A stretch of 64,000 nucleotides of DNA from Squalus acanthias (GCA_030390025.1 CM059432.1:33296001-33360000); one strand, 5' to 3'; positions 37,492 to 50,595 are shown, counted from the stretch's first letter. Notes: generated by a model not told the origin, from the letters alone. Program-made: numbers and translations.

Positions 37492-37866
37492 TGTAATGGT
37501 TATGTTGCTGGACTATTATTCCAGAGAATGAGTTCAAATCCCACCATGGCAGTTTAAGAATTTGAATACAGCTTTAAAAAAAAAAGGCTGGAAATAAAAA
37601 GCTGGCACCAGTAAAAGTGACCAAGAAGCTGTTGGATTGTCATAAACAGAACTGGTTCACCAATGTCCTTTTAGGGAAGGAAACCTGCTGTCCTTGCTGG
37701 TCTGGCCTATACACGCCAATGTGGTTGACTCTGAAGTGACTGAGCAAGCTGCATCAAACCGCAATAAAGAAGGAGGCCCACCACCACTTTCTCAGGGCAA
37801 CTAGGGATGGGCAATAAATGCCTGCCTTTGCCAGTGACGCCCACATCCCAAGAATGGATAGAAAAA
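37492..37866 (+). mobile_element. tRNA-head SINE, same family; further copies at about 36843-37045 (+) and 37960-38272 (-)
   Basis: Same head, body and tail. Confidence 0.8.
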
Positions 37867-38548
37867 TGAATTAAGAAAAAAATATGATTCTGAATTTGGT
37901 TTCAGTTTTAAGAATTTACTGATTGATCTTAAGGTACTCTCACTCAGTTATATCTTTTTTTGTTTTCGGGATGTGGACGACACTGGCAAGACCGCATTTA
38001 TTGCCCATCCCAAGTTACCCTGAGAGAATTAAGGGAATTAGCCACGTAATGTTGGACTGGAGCCACATGTAGGCCCAGGCCAGGTAGGCGTTGCAGGTTG
38101 CCTTACATGAAGGATGTTGGTGATCCGGTTGGGTGTTTACAACAAACCGACAGCCTCCCACGGTTATTTTTTTGGTGCAAACCCACAGATTTATTGAATT
38201 CAATTTCACAACTTGCCATGGTGGCTTTTGAACTTGTGACCACTTGACGCTAGTTCAGTACCGTAACCACTAGGTTAAAATTAATTAGTTAATGCTTGCC
38301 CTAAAATATTGCTGTCAAGTGTTTATGTCTTTGTACCAGGGGATGGAGGATCAGAAGACCTACCCTTAATTTCTAATTTTATTGAGCGTTTTAGTCGAGT
38401 TAATGAACACTGCTTGAGGCATTCTGCGAGGCTTGACCTGTTTTAAACACGAGGCTTAAATCCTCTCTTTGCCCCTCCATGCTTGTGAATCGAAACTTCT
38501 GTTCTAAGATGACCAGTGAAATATCTTTCTTTAATTTCCTCGTGACAG

Positions 38549-39048
38549 GCTGCTAACTGAGTTGGAGTCTCCGCCGTGGTGGCCGTTCAGCAGTCGCCTC
38601 CGAAAGGCTCAACAGGAAGCCAAGAATCAGCCGGAATCCCCGCCCTCTGCCTCGAAGGCTTTTGGGAAGGAAGGCTTGATATTAAAAGTCCCTGTCCTTT
38701 ACTCCCAGGGTCCGGACCCCAACCTCAAACAGGGAGCACTCGCGGTCCTTTGCTCGGGGCTGGAAATCAGCGATTCAAACTCGCAACTCGTGCACAAGTA
38801 CCGACGGGAGGAGGTCGATGACGTTAAAGTGCAGAGCCCTTATGAGATGGTTGTCCGCCAGAGGTTCATTGGGAAGCCCGACATCTCCTTTACCCTGCAG
38901 TCTGCAAGGATGACTGATGTTGTTTCCATTGTAGAGATACAATACTCCAAAAAAGTGCAATTCAGAGAGGACATGTTGGGACTCTTCAGACCAGAGGACT
39001 CCCCTGTTTCAGAGAACCTCGGCATGGGTGGCTCCATATGGAATGCAG
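38549..39048 (+). CDS. SNAP47: SNAP47 coding exon 2
   Basis: Acceptor GACAG|, LLTELESPPWWPFSSRL...VRQRFIGKPDISF...SIWNA; donor G|GTAGG; phase consistent. Confidence 0.93.
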
Positions 39049-39418
39049 GTAGGGAAAATTTCAGTTCTTAAGGGCCATGGTCACTGCGCTTGTGTGTAGA
39101 AGAGTTGCCACAATACAATGGCACTTCTGAATAAAAAGTTATGAAACTAGGAACATGTGAGAATATTTAGAGACAGGAAAAGCCCTTGGACTCAAACATG
39201 CCTAACCATTTTATATAGATAAACCCCACTGATCCGCTGCCTTATTGCAATATTCGAACCCTACTCTAGACTAAAAGTTGTCTTTTGAACTTGTATACTG
39301 TTTGCTTCAACAGCCTTCCCATGGCAACTTATTCCACAAGCTGATTACCATTTCTGTAGAAAAAGGTCTGTCTAACATCACCTCATACTCCTAACATTTT
39401 AATTTTTAAATTGTGTTG

Positions 39419-40832
39419 TGAAGGAATAAGCCATATAACCTATTCAGAAAAATACACGATCTTATGAACGAATTCTGGCCTTATTAAAACATGACAAACT
39501 GGGTTTGGAAATCCAGAAATCTAACTATGAAATAGCTGTGAAAGCATTCTGGCTATTGAGATAAAGCTGTGAAAGCATTCTGGCTATTAAGATAAGGTAG
39601 TTGTTGACCCTGAATAAATAACCTTATTGAAACAGAAGGTTAAGGGCTCCAAAAATGTGCGGGTTAGGTTGATTTGGCTATGATAAATTGACCCTCAGTG
39701 TTAGGGGGGGATTAAATATGTGGGGTTACGGGGATAGGATGGGATATGTTAGGGGGAATTAAATACGTGGGGTTACGGGGATAGGGTGGGATATGTGTCG
39801 GTGCAGGCTCGATGGGGATTCTGTGTGAGAAAGCAGGGACAGGGTACTGGATTTGGATGATCAGCCATGATCGTATTGAATGGTGGAGCAGGCTCGACGG
39901 GCCGAATGGCCTACTCCTGCTCCTAGTTTCTATGTTTCTATGACAGGCTGAACCTTTTGGGGAAAAAAAACAATGGTTCACCCTGGATAAGGTGTTCTAA
40001 TTTACACTTCGTAAAGATGACAAAGTAAGGAACACCTGCTGTCACACCGTTTTTTATATGGTAAACTTCGAACACCTCGAGATGAGACATGAGTCTGGCT
40101 GAGGTGGCAGTAAGAGTTGCAGAGGTCAGCAGAAAAATGACTAGAGATAATTAGCTTACATCAGCAGAAAACCTTAAAGGAAATACCACTGGAAAAGGAT
40201 ATAAATATTGAACTCTCAAATGGAATAACAGACTCGCTTTAATCGGGCAAAGCGATTCTCGGCTTCAGAGGCGGCTCTGTAAGTCTCCAACACTTTGTAC
40301 CTCGGGGATCAAAGGTATTTGATTTTGGTGGATATCCTGTAGAACACTAAGAACTGTAAAACTTTAGCGAAGTTAAGATTTGAAAGTAAGGTTCTCTGAT
40401 AAGATTGTAAGCTTTCTCTTTTTGGAACTGTTAATGTTGCGATTGACTCACCAACTGTAAATTACATGTCGGTTCTTTACTAAATCTATATACTTTTAGA
40501 ATTGTCTCACATAAGACTTCTGTATCAAAAACTCGCGAACTCAATCTCTGTACACTCTTTGGTGAGGAGTTGCAGAATTCTGGGGGAGTTTTCCGGACCC
40601 TCATATATCCGGAACGTTACAGTCTAGCTAAACTTATTAAAAGTGCTGTCTGGAGGACGGTAACATTCTCGGGTTGTTCCTTTCCTTTAGGGAGAGATAG
40701 TCCGGACCTTTAGACCCAATTAAGCGTCTTTAGGATTCGGCTACCTCAAACTTTAGTTGAAAGTGAACGTCTGAGAAATACGCCTGATCCGGGGTAGCCC
40801 TAAAGGGGCTAGGACTAGTAATTATCCCTTCA
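39419..40832 (+). mobile_element. Solo LTR (retrovirus or LTR retrotransposon) carrying a SINE insertion
   Basis: TG...CA ends with inverted termini TGAAGGAATAA / TTATCCCTTCA; 6-bp TSD GTGTTG; TATAAA at 40200; ATTAAA at 40636; 31-bp tandem duplication 39534-39595. Confidence 0.8.
39650..39942 (+). mobile_element. 5'-truncated HE1-like SINE inside the solo LTR
   Basis: Near-identical to the 3' part of 14151-14535. Confidence 0.85.
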
Positions 40833-40852
40833 GTGTTGCCTGGTGTTTAAAT

Positions 40853-43750
40853 TCATAGAATCATAGAATGATACAGCACAGAAGGAGGCCATTCGGCCCA
40901 TCCTGCTTGTGCCGGCTCTCTGGTAGAGGTATCCAATTAATCCCACCCCCCTGCTCTTTCCCCAGAGCCCTGTAAATTTTTTTCCCTTCAAGTATTTATC
41001 CAATTCTCTTTTGAATGTTACTATTGAATCTGTTTCCACTACCCTTTCAGGCCGTGCATTCCAGATCTCAGTAACACGCTGTGTTAAAAAAATGTTTCCT
41101 CATGTTGCCTCTGGTTCTTTTGCCAATCATCTTAATTCTGTGTCCTCTGGTTACGACCCTTCTGCCACTGGAAATAGTTTTTCCTTATTTACTCTTTCAA
41201 AACCATTCATGATTTTGAACACCTCTATCAAATCTCTTCATCTTCTCTGCTGTAAGGAGAACAAACCCAGCTTCTCCAATCTCTCCACGTAACTGAAGTC
41301 CCTCATCCCTGGTACCATTCTAGTAAATCTCTTCAGCACCCTCTCCAAGGCCTTAACATCCTTCCTAAAGTGTGGTGCCCAGAATTGAACACAATACTCC
41401 AGCTGAGGCCTAATCAGTGTTTTATAAAGATTTAGCATAATTTCCTTGCTTTTGTACTCTATGGGCTCGATTTTGTCAATGGAGGCGGGACTCCCACTTT
41501 TTGGGTTGTAGTCCCGCCTCCATCGATTTGTGGCCAACCCACGCTACTTTCCCTTGATTGACCTTGTTAAGCCCGCCCAGCGGGCTCAGCAGGCCAATTA
41601 AGGGACACCTGGATACTGGTGACGTCAACGATTGACATTTCATCTGTCAAGAGCTTTTGACAGATGAAATATCAGCGTTTGACAGCTCTGTGAAGCTGTC
41701 AAACACTGACGATCTGTCTTCTAACTTGAGTCCTTCTACTCAGACTCAGTTAGAGAGCTCTCCAGACCAGAAAGCAGAGGCTGCAGCTTTTGACAGCTCA
41801 GCGGCCATTCTGCTTTCTGTGCCGGTGAGCTGAGGGACTCCCGAGAACTGAAGGGAGGAAGCCTGGAGGAGAAAGTAAAGGTAAGTAAAACTTATTAAAA
41901 CACTTTACACACACCAAACACACTTACCTCTGCACTCATGCACCCATCACTCACCTGTACACCGGACATCTCGACCCCTCCAAGCCCCGCAGACCGACGG
42001 TCCGCCTCGCTAACTTGGCGCGGTTTGGAGCCGTCGGGCAGCCCACACTTAAGGCCTTAAAAATAGGGATTAGCCATAAAACTGCCTGTTAACTACCTGT
42101 TAACAGGCAGTTAATTGGCACTAATCCCCTTCCCGCCTCGGGGAGGCGGCTCCCAGCACAGGTCGGGTACCCGCCTCCTGGGACATTGGCTTGGGGGCGG
42201 GATGGGTACGTGCCCCCCCGAATCTGCAATTTTCCCACCACTCCTGCCTCCAAACGGCTTGGAAATTCGAGCCCTATGCCTCTATTTATAAAGCCAAGGA
42301 TCCCTTATGCTTTTTTAACAGCCTTCGCAACTTGCTCTGCTACTTTCAAAGATTTGTATACGTACACCCCAGGTCTCTCTCTTCCTGCACCCACTTTAAA
42401 ATTGTACGATTTAGTTCATATTGCCTCTCCTCATTCTTCCTACCAAAATGTACCACTTCACACTTCTCTGCGTTAAATTTCATCTGCCATGTGTCTGCCC
42501 ATTTCACCAGTCTATGTCCTCCTGAAGTCTTACACTATCCTCCGAGTTTCGTATCCTCTGCAAACTTTGAAATTATGCCCTGTATACCCAAGTCCAGGTC
42601 ATTCATATATATCAAGAGGAGCGGTGGTCCTAATACCAAACCCTGGGAAACACCACTGTATACCTCCCTCTAGTCTGAAAAACAACCATTTATCACTACC
42701 CTCTGTTTTCTTAGCCAAATTTGTATTCATGCTGTCACTGTCCCTTTAATCCTATGGGCTTTAATTTTGCTAACAAGCCTATTATGTGGTACTTTATCAA
42801 ACACCTTTTGAAAGTTCATATACTCAACATCAACTACACTACCCGCATCAACCCTCTCTGTTACTTCATCAAAGAACTCGATTAAGTTAGTCAAACATGG
42901 TTTGCCTTTAACAAATCCGTGGTGATTTTCATTTATTGGCCCATACTTTTCCAAATACCAATTAATTTTGTCCTGAATTATTGTCTCAAAGTTTCCCCAC
43001 CACCGACGTTAGGCTTACTGGCCTGTAGTTGCTGGGTTTATCCCTCTCCCTTTCTTTTAAACAGGGGTGTAACTTATGCAATCCTTCAGTTCTCTGGCAC
43101 CACCCCAAAATCCAAGGAGGATTGGAAGATTGTGGCCAGAGCCTCACAATTTCCACCCTTACTTCTCTTAGTAATCTAGGATGCAACCCATCCAGACCAT
43201 GTGACTTTTCTACTTTGAGGACTGCCAACCTTTAAGTACACCCTCTTTATTTTTATCTTATCCAATATCGCTACAGCCTCCTCCTTTACTGCTACATTGG
43301 CAGCATCCTTTTCTCTAGTGAAGACAGAGGCAAAGTATTCATTTAATACCTCAGCCATGCCCACTGCCTCCACAAGAAGATCTCCTTTTTGGTCCCTAAT
43401 CGAACCCTCCCACCCCCTTTCTGTGACTAACGTTTTACTATTATGTGTTTATGAAAGACTTTTGAGTTCCCTTTTAATGTTAGCCACTAATCTATTCTCA
43501 TACTCTCTTTGCCCCTCTTATTCCCTTTTTTAGATAGCCTCTGCACTTTGGATATTCATCTTGGTTCTCTTCTATATTATGAATCTTACAGTTGTCATAA
43601 GTCTCCTTTTTCTGTTCCATTTTAACCTCTATATCTTTAGTCATCCAGGGAGCTCTAGCTTTGGAGGCCCATCCTTTCCCCCCCATGGGAATGTGTCTAC
43701 TCTGTACCCGAACCATCTTCTCTTTTGAAGGCCTCCCATTCTTTACCATA
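40853..43750 (-). mobile_element. CR1 LINE remnant interrupted by a MITE
   Basis: HGFVKGKPCLTNLIEFF, LIRPQLEYCVQFWAP, (ATTCTATG)n tail. Confidence 0.9.
41463..42274. mobile_element. Non-autonomous DNA transposon, PIF/Harbinger-like
   Basis: TIRs GGGCTCGATTTT / AAATTCGAGCCC; 3-bp TSD TAT; the host CR1 sequence rejoins across it. Confidence 0.85.
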
Positions 43751-43807
43751 GTGAAGATTCAATGTAGAGTAAAGGAACTTGGTTCACAATGAGCTGACAT
43801 CATCGAC

Positions 43808-44212
43808 TCCCTACAGCGCCTTTCACGACCTCGGCACCACAAAGCGCTTTACAGCCAATGAAGCACTTTTGAAGTGTAGTCAATGCTGTAGTGTAGGAAA
43901 CGTGGCAGACAATGTGCGCATAGCAAGGTCCCACAAACAGCAATGAGATAACCACCAGATAATTTGTTTTAGTGCTGTTGGTTGAGGGATAGATATTGGT
44001 CAGGACACCAGGGAGAACTCCACTGCTCTTCTCCAAAATAGTGCCATGGGATCTTTTATATCCACTTGAGAGGGCAAATGGGGCCTCGGTTTAACGTCTC
44101 ATAAGAGTACTCAGTACTGCACTGAAGTGTCAGCCTAGATTTTGTGCTCACATCTCTGGAATGGGGCTTGAACCCATGACTTGGAGGCGAGACTGCTACC
44201 ACTGAGCCACTG
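43808..44212 (-). mobile_element. DeuSINE
   Basis: Reverse complement of the same family. Confidence 0.8.
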
Positions 44213-46025
44213 CAAACACATATATTTGAAGTAATGGAGTGTAGCTGCCAAGGCCAGCTCGTGTTTTTCATAGAAGCCCATTTCAGGCAGTATGGATGAA
44301 AATTCGTACCAGGATGACCAGCTTTTTGGCATGAGAGGGAGACGGGTTGTTAATGTGAATTGGGAGGGGTCATTTGGGAAGGAAGAAGTGGAGAATAGAG
44401 AGTGGGAACTGTTTAAATGCAAGTTCCTTTGTTTTTTAACAAAGCTCCCTCTTTCCATCCAACTTGTTGCACTATGAGGATTTAAAATCCATGCATATGT
44501 TTTGCTGTTGCCTTGCATCCCAGCATGAGGGTAGACATACAGCGAGGGAGATGGAGAATGAGGTTGTCGGGACGCTAGTTGGCACTCACTGTCTGGGCTG
44601 ACACATGAAGAATTTTCGCTTCGACACGTTATTGGAGGGTGCTGAGCAATTGTGGATCCCTATCTCAGCGAGAGTCTGTCATTTAGTTTAAAAATACATT
44701 TTAAGGTAAAGCATTGCTTTTCCCGGGGAGAAGCCGAAATTTTGAGTGTGTGTGTGCGTGCGCATTTAGACTGTAACCTGACAACTGGGGAAAGATTATG
44801 AAACTATAAACTTGTTCATGGAACTATCGCCTTCCTTCCCCATCTCCCATCAGTTGTGATCATTGTTGTCACTCGGTACCAAAAAGGAAAATTACACCCA
44901 CGTCACTTACACAACTCAAAGTACTCGCTCCAGGCACAATCTGATTTGGGAAGGACAAAATCTGTCATTGTACTGCTCTGACACGCCTTCCTTAAATCAC
45001 CCCCGCCTCAGCACCTCTTCCTCCTTTAAAGAGCCCGATAAAAATCCACCTCTTCGATCGTGCTTTCGGTCTTACCCACTAACTTTTCTGTTTTTCCTTT
45101 TCTTCTGTGAAGCGCTTGAAGATGTCTATATGTGAAGACTGTTACAGAAATGTAAGTTGTGACTGGTTATAACCATTGATGTAGATGTAGTGTGAAAAGG
45201 TCACACGCTATTAAAATACAAGTGTTCATGTCCTCTTGTTCTGCAACTAAAGACCGATCGAAGGTTACAGCACAGAAGGGGGCCATTCAACCTATCCTGT
45301 CTGTGACAGCTCTTTGCTGGAGCAATCTAAAAACTAATCCCACTGTCCTGCTGTCTCCCAGTTGCCTCGTGTTTTAATCTACTGTAAATATTTATCTACT
45401 CTTCCTCTAAAAGATGCGCTGATTTCTGCCTCAACTACTCCCTGCGGGAAAGCATTCTATACGCTTAACTCTGTCGAGGAATTTCTCCCAACTCCTCTCC
45501 TCGCTCTTAGTAGCTTACGTACACTTGAACACCAACCCTTTCAGATAAGACGTTAACTGAAGTTCCTCATCACTGACTTCCCCAGCCAGATGATGGGGTG
45601 AATAATAAAAAGCTTATTCACCCTATCAAAAGCCTTTGTAATTTTAAAAACCCTCCATTAAATCTTCTCTTAGCCTTCTCTGTTCCAGTGGAAATAAATC
45701 TAGTGTTTCAGGTCTCTCCTCATAAGTATAGCTTCTCATTCCTGGTATCATCCTGGTGAATAAGTATTATTGTCCTTTTTTTTAATGGCTTTATTATCTA
45801 GTTGCACTCACACTTTCAAGGAATTATGTATTTGAATCACTGGATCTCTCTGTTGTTCCCCACCTTTCGGTGTCTTTCCATTGAGTGTGTACAACAATTC
45901 TTACTTTTCCTCCCAAAATGCATGACCACACACTTCTTCACATTAAATTGCATTTGCCACCTGCTTACCCAGTTTGGTAACCTATCTATATCCACAGTTT
46001 AATCTGGTTACGTGCACTTGAACCA

Positions 46026-46345
46026 ACCCTTTCAGATAAGACGTTAAACTGAGGCTCCGTCTGCCCTTTTGGGTGGATGCATGCTTCCGTGGCACTATTC
46101 AAAGAAGAGCAGGGAGTTCTCCCTGGTGTCCTGGCCAATATTTATCCCTCAACCAACATCACTGCAACAGATTATATGGTCATGATCTCATTGCTGTTTG
46201 TGGGAACTTGCTGCCCACAAATTGGTTGCCATGTTTCCTACATTACAACAGAGACTGCATTTCAAAAGTAATTAATTGGCTGTCAAGTGTTTTGGGACGT
46301 CCTGAGATCGTGAAAGGTGCTATATAAATGCAAATATAAGTTCTT
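46026..46345 (+). mobile_element. DeuSINE, 5'-truncated
   Basis: Same family. Confidence 0.75.
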
Positions 46346-47795
46346 TATTTTTTCTTCCTTTCTTTTCTTTTCCTTTCTTTGAACAGCATTGGGTTGGGGC
46401 TATAATACATATAGTCTGAGATGCATATTCCACTGCCCTGAAGTTGTTTGGAAGATTTATGCTGTCCAAGTTGACAGAAGTCTTGTGCCGAGGAATAAGA
46501 TTTATCTTTTCTGCTTTGCATCAGGAATAGTACAGGGTATGTTAGCGTTGCTCATAATGATGGTCAGGGGAGGTGATAATTCAGAGGCTCACCTGCATTC
46601 TTCGGTAGACAACCTGCTCCATGTATTTTTGTGTTTGAATTAGTATTGGTGCCAGGCTTGGATAGATTTGAATCCGTAGAAACAGCCCTTGCAGGAGAGA
46701 TTTGAGAAAGTCTTGGTAACAATTGTTTATGTGATGTGGCTACAGAAACGGGCCAGTTATTCAAACATTTTCATAATTGGCGTACGGACTAAATTCCCAA
46801 ACCAGAAAAGATTCTGCACTTCATCTGGTCAAAAACTTAATACCTTATAACCGCTGATTCCCTCAAATACGTTTCCAATCCTTTCTTGAATTTTTCTGCA
46901 ACATCTGCCTCCCAGACACTCCATTTCTACCCTCTGTGTAAAGTAGTTAAACCTAAACTGTCTGTGCATCATCCGTTTTCTAACTTTGTCCATTGGCTCT
47001 CGAGTTTGTGGCAATCTCAAACATATTATTGGGGTTTGATTGGTCCATTCCTTCAAGAATCCTGATTAATATCTGCACTGAACCTTCTATCGAGAAAATG
47101 TGCTCCTCTAAGCCTGGATAAGAGAGAGACAAGATCTGAAGTTTGAAGAGAAAATGTTAATACTCCTGTGTGGTGCAAAGGAATAATCCCTCAGCATCAT
47201 TTTGACAGTGCTTCTTAATCCCAACTTTCAAAGAAACACTCCTACTTCAAGAGTGGACTTTTGTTTCCTCCAGCAGCTATCCTTTTTTAAATATCCTTGT
47301 GTAGTCTTGCGGGTAGATTTAGACTTTGTGCAATAGTGTAAAACTATTAATAACGAATTGGCAGGCGATTTTATATCTCTCTCAATTTTTATTTCCATTG
47401 ACTTCAATGAACCAGTGGTCGATTCTAGGTTAATCACTCTGTAAACAGTGTCCCGACTTCAGTCCTCAATTTGCCTTTCACTGGCTTGGACTGTTCCCTA
47501 TCCTCCTCCTGTCATGGTTTAACTTGAAGTAGTGTTGTATACGTACCTTTCTATACGATGTACTGTCCTATGAATCCTATAACATCCTCTCTTCGTCACC
47601 ACCTCTCAAGTTTCTCCTGCCTTTCCTCATAACTCCATGCTAGCAGTCGGTTCTGCTGGCATTTCTCTGCACTGCCTCCAGGGCTTGGTTGTGTTCCTTG
47701 TGTCTAAGTGACCGAAACCAGACACAGTTACTCCAGGTGCAGTGTGATCCCAATAAATAGCAGCAAATGACCTGTCTTTGCATTTCTTTCTGCAG

Positions 47796-47908
47796 CGACT
47801 GGCTTCTTGGACAGAGTGATGCATCCTGTTTCAGCGAGCGGTGGACAGATGTCCCAACAAATGACTGAGCAGACAGTCTCAGAGGCCGAAGCTGAAGAGC
47901 TGAGACAG
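47796..47908 (+). CDS. SNAP47: SNAP47 coding exon 3
   Basis: Pyrimidine tract plus TGCAG|, TGFLDRVMHPV...VSEAEAEELRQ, donor |GTGAGT; 113 nt. Confidence 0.9.
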
Positions 47909-48023
47909 GTGAGTGCGTTCCGCTCGGATATTTTCCATTTATGGACTTACCGCTGTGTGATGGACAGGCTCTTGGACTTCAACCCCAGTCCCATTTTTCA
48001 TGTAGACTGTATTGATTAAGTAA

Positions 48024-48900
48024 AATTGAGAGGTCGCACAACACCAGGTTATAGTCCAACAGTTTTATTTGAAATCACAAGCTTTCGGAGCTATCGATCG
48101 CCCCTTCCTCAGGTGAAGTAAAGAAATACAGACTCGACAAAGCATATATAGATAGAGAACAATGCATGTGTACCTTACAATTGCAGACAACTAAATTAAA
48201 TCATCCTGACTATCTGCCAAGGTGTGATAAAGTTAATCAGGTCAGCCAGGAAGGTACCACATCAAAGACATAGCAAGATACAACTGAGACAATGAGGTGG
48301 AGTCGCAGGGTAAGCGTTCTCCAAGGCAACCTTAGGAACACACGACAACGCAAAATCATCGAGCAGAAACTGATAGCCAAGTTCCGCACTCATGAAGACG
48401 GTCTCAACCGGGATCTTGGGTTTATGTCACGATACATGACGTGATCCCGACTCGAGTCGTCGTTGGCTTGTTCACAGATGTGATTCCCAGTAAAAAAGTA
48501 AAAATTTTCCCAGTAAAAAAGTAAAAATTTTAAAGCTTTTCGTTTTACATACAGACGGCAGCTTTTGACACGTTAGACCCCCCGACTCCACCTCATTGTC
48601 TCAGTTGTATCTTGCTATGTCTTTGATGTGGTACCTTCCTGGCTGACCTGATTAACTTTATCACACCTCGGCAGATAGTCAGGATGATTTAATTTAGTTG
48701 TCTGCAATTGTAAGGTACACATGCATTGTTCTCTATCTATATATGCTTTGTCGAGTCTGTATTTCTTTACTTCACCTGAGGAAGGGGCGATCGATAGCTC
48801 CGAAAGCTTGTGATTTCAAATAAAACTGTTGGACTATAACCTGGTGTTGTGCGATCTCTCAATTTTGTCCACCCCAGTCCAACACCGGCATCTCCGCATC
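48024..48900 (+). mobile_element. Penelope-like element family B, fold-back copy
   Basis: Inverted arms 48022-48305 / 48583-48866; 48310-48444 encodes VSVLQGNLRNTRQRKIIEQKLIAKFRTHEDGLNRDLGFMSRYMT* (PLE C-terminus); 34-nt tail; TSD TTGATTAAGTAA. Confidence 0.9.
48772..48813 (+). ncRNA. Minimal hammerhead ribozyme motif (PLE family B); mirror copy on minus strand at about 48076-48117
   Basis: TCAC-CTGAGGA-A-GGGGC-GATCGATA-GCTCC-GAAA-GCTT-GTGA. Confidence 0.7.
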
Positions 48901-50171
48901 TTGATTAAGTAACTGAGTGCATTGTATATTTTTGAGATCATTGTTACTTTTGTTAAGAAAGTGTGTTAGTGGTGATAACTAATTTTCAAAGTTTAGCCCA
49001 TGTAAGAAAGAAGTGACTGCAAAATGAGACTAGATAGTGGGCCATGATCCTGAAACCATGGAGAAAAATGCTGGTGCAATTATCTGCTGCTCAGCCTCTC
49101 TGCTTGCCTTTACTCTGTGATTTTGTTTCTTCACTAAGTGGAGAGTCCTTGCCGCTATGCTTTCACTCTCTCATGCAGACTTTTTCATTCTCTCGTTCGC
49201 CTGTGCTACCTTGCGGGCTTTCTCATTCTTTCTTTCTCTCGCTCACTCACTTACATTGTTTCTTTCTTCCATTAGATCAAAAGGGCAAGAGCCTGTATAC
49301 TGTTTTTCTTGTATGAAATATCTAAAATAAATATATTCATATAATGCCGTTCTGCATCATCGAAACATCTCAAAACACTTCACACCACTGATTACTTTAT
49401 TGATGGGCAGTGACTGTTGTTATGGAGGCAAACACAGCAGCTATTCTGCAGCAGCATCTGGCAAACAGCAACCAGTTAATTATCTACTTGTCACTCTATT
49501 TGGTGCCCTCTTCTTTTCATACATGCTTTCTTTCATTCGCATACAGGTTCCTCCTTGCGGAATTCCAGATGTGGGATTGAGAGGGTGTGTGAGCTCTTTG
49601 TCTTGCCCATTGTGCCCTTTGCCCTTCTGAATATGTGTGCTCTCTCTCCGGCTGTCTCTTGCTCATTTGCTCTTTCATGCACAGTCCCTCTGCTGCTCTT
49701 GTGTGGGCTGTGTTTCGTACGCATGCTCAGTTTCTGTCTTGTGCAAACTTGCCTCCTATTCAAAATGATTTTTTTTACACTGGAGAGTTTCTGGTGATTT
49801 GACTCTCCGGAAGGCACTGACTCCTTCTGAAATATGAGTTGTCTTCTGATACCATTCCCAAGTGGCTATTATTCTGTGAATCTAGATAGTGAGTGTTGAA
49901 GGTACTATACTGTGCATGGCGTCTCAGTTGAGCCCAGTGGTGTCCAACACCTACACGTAGTATGGGTCACTGGAAACTAATCAGGAGCTAGAACCCTAGC
50001 TAATTGAATTTTTTCCCCTCTCTAGTTCAGGGTACAGAGGTCAATTGTCTTGCCACTCTCGCTGAAATCTGATAACTCAGGATGATCTCTACTGCTGTAC
50101 CACATTAGCACTCAGTACCTGAAAGCAGTTTGATTTCCCATATAACTGTGTCTCGTTCCTTCAGTTAAGAG

Positions 50172-50595
50172 AGAAAGACTTGCATTTATATAGTGCCTTT
50201 CATGACCTCAAAGTCCAAAGCACTTTACAGCCAATGAAGTACTTTTGAAATGTAGTCACTATTGTCATGTAAGGAATGGCGCAGCCCATTAGGGTGCAAC
50301 AAGCAGCAGTGAGACTAATGGTGTTGGTTGAGGGATAAATATTGGCCAGGACACCGTGGTGAACTCCCCTGCTCTTTTTCAAATAGTGGCATGGAATCTT
50401 TTATGTTCACCTGAGAGGGTAGACGAGGTCTCCCTTCAACATCTCATCCGAAAGCCAGCACTTCTGACAGTGCAGCATTCCCTCAGCACTGCACTGAAGT
50501 CTCGGTCTGGATTATGCGCTTAAGTCTCTGGAGTGGGGCTTGAACCCCCAACTTTCTGACTTGGGTACGAACACCGCTAAGCCACGGCTGACATT
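50172..50595 (-). mobile_element. DeuSINE; an oppositely oriented partial copy follows at about 50731-51095
   Basis: Same family. Confidence 0.75.

Noticed and set aside
25467..39048. Two SNAP47 coding segments of exactly 500 nt as an exon duplication
   Set aside because: No sequence similarity, and the first exon also includes UTR, so the match is coincidental.
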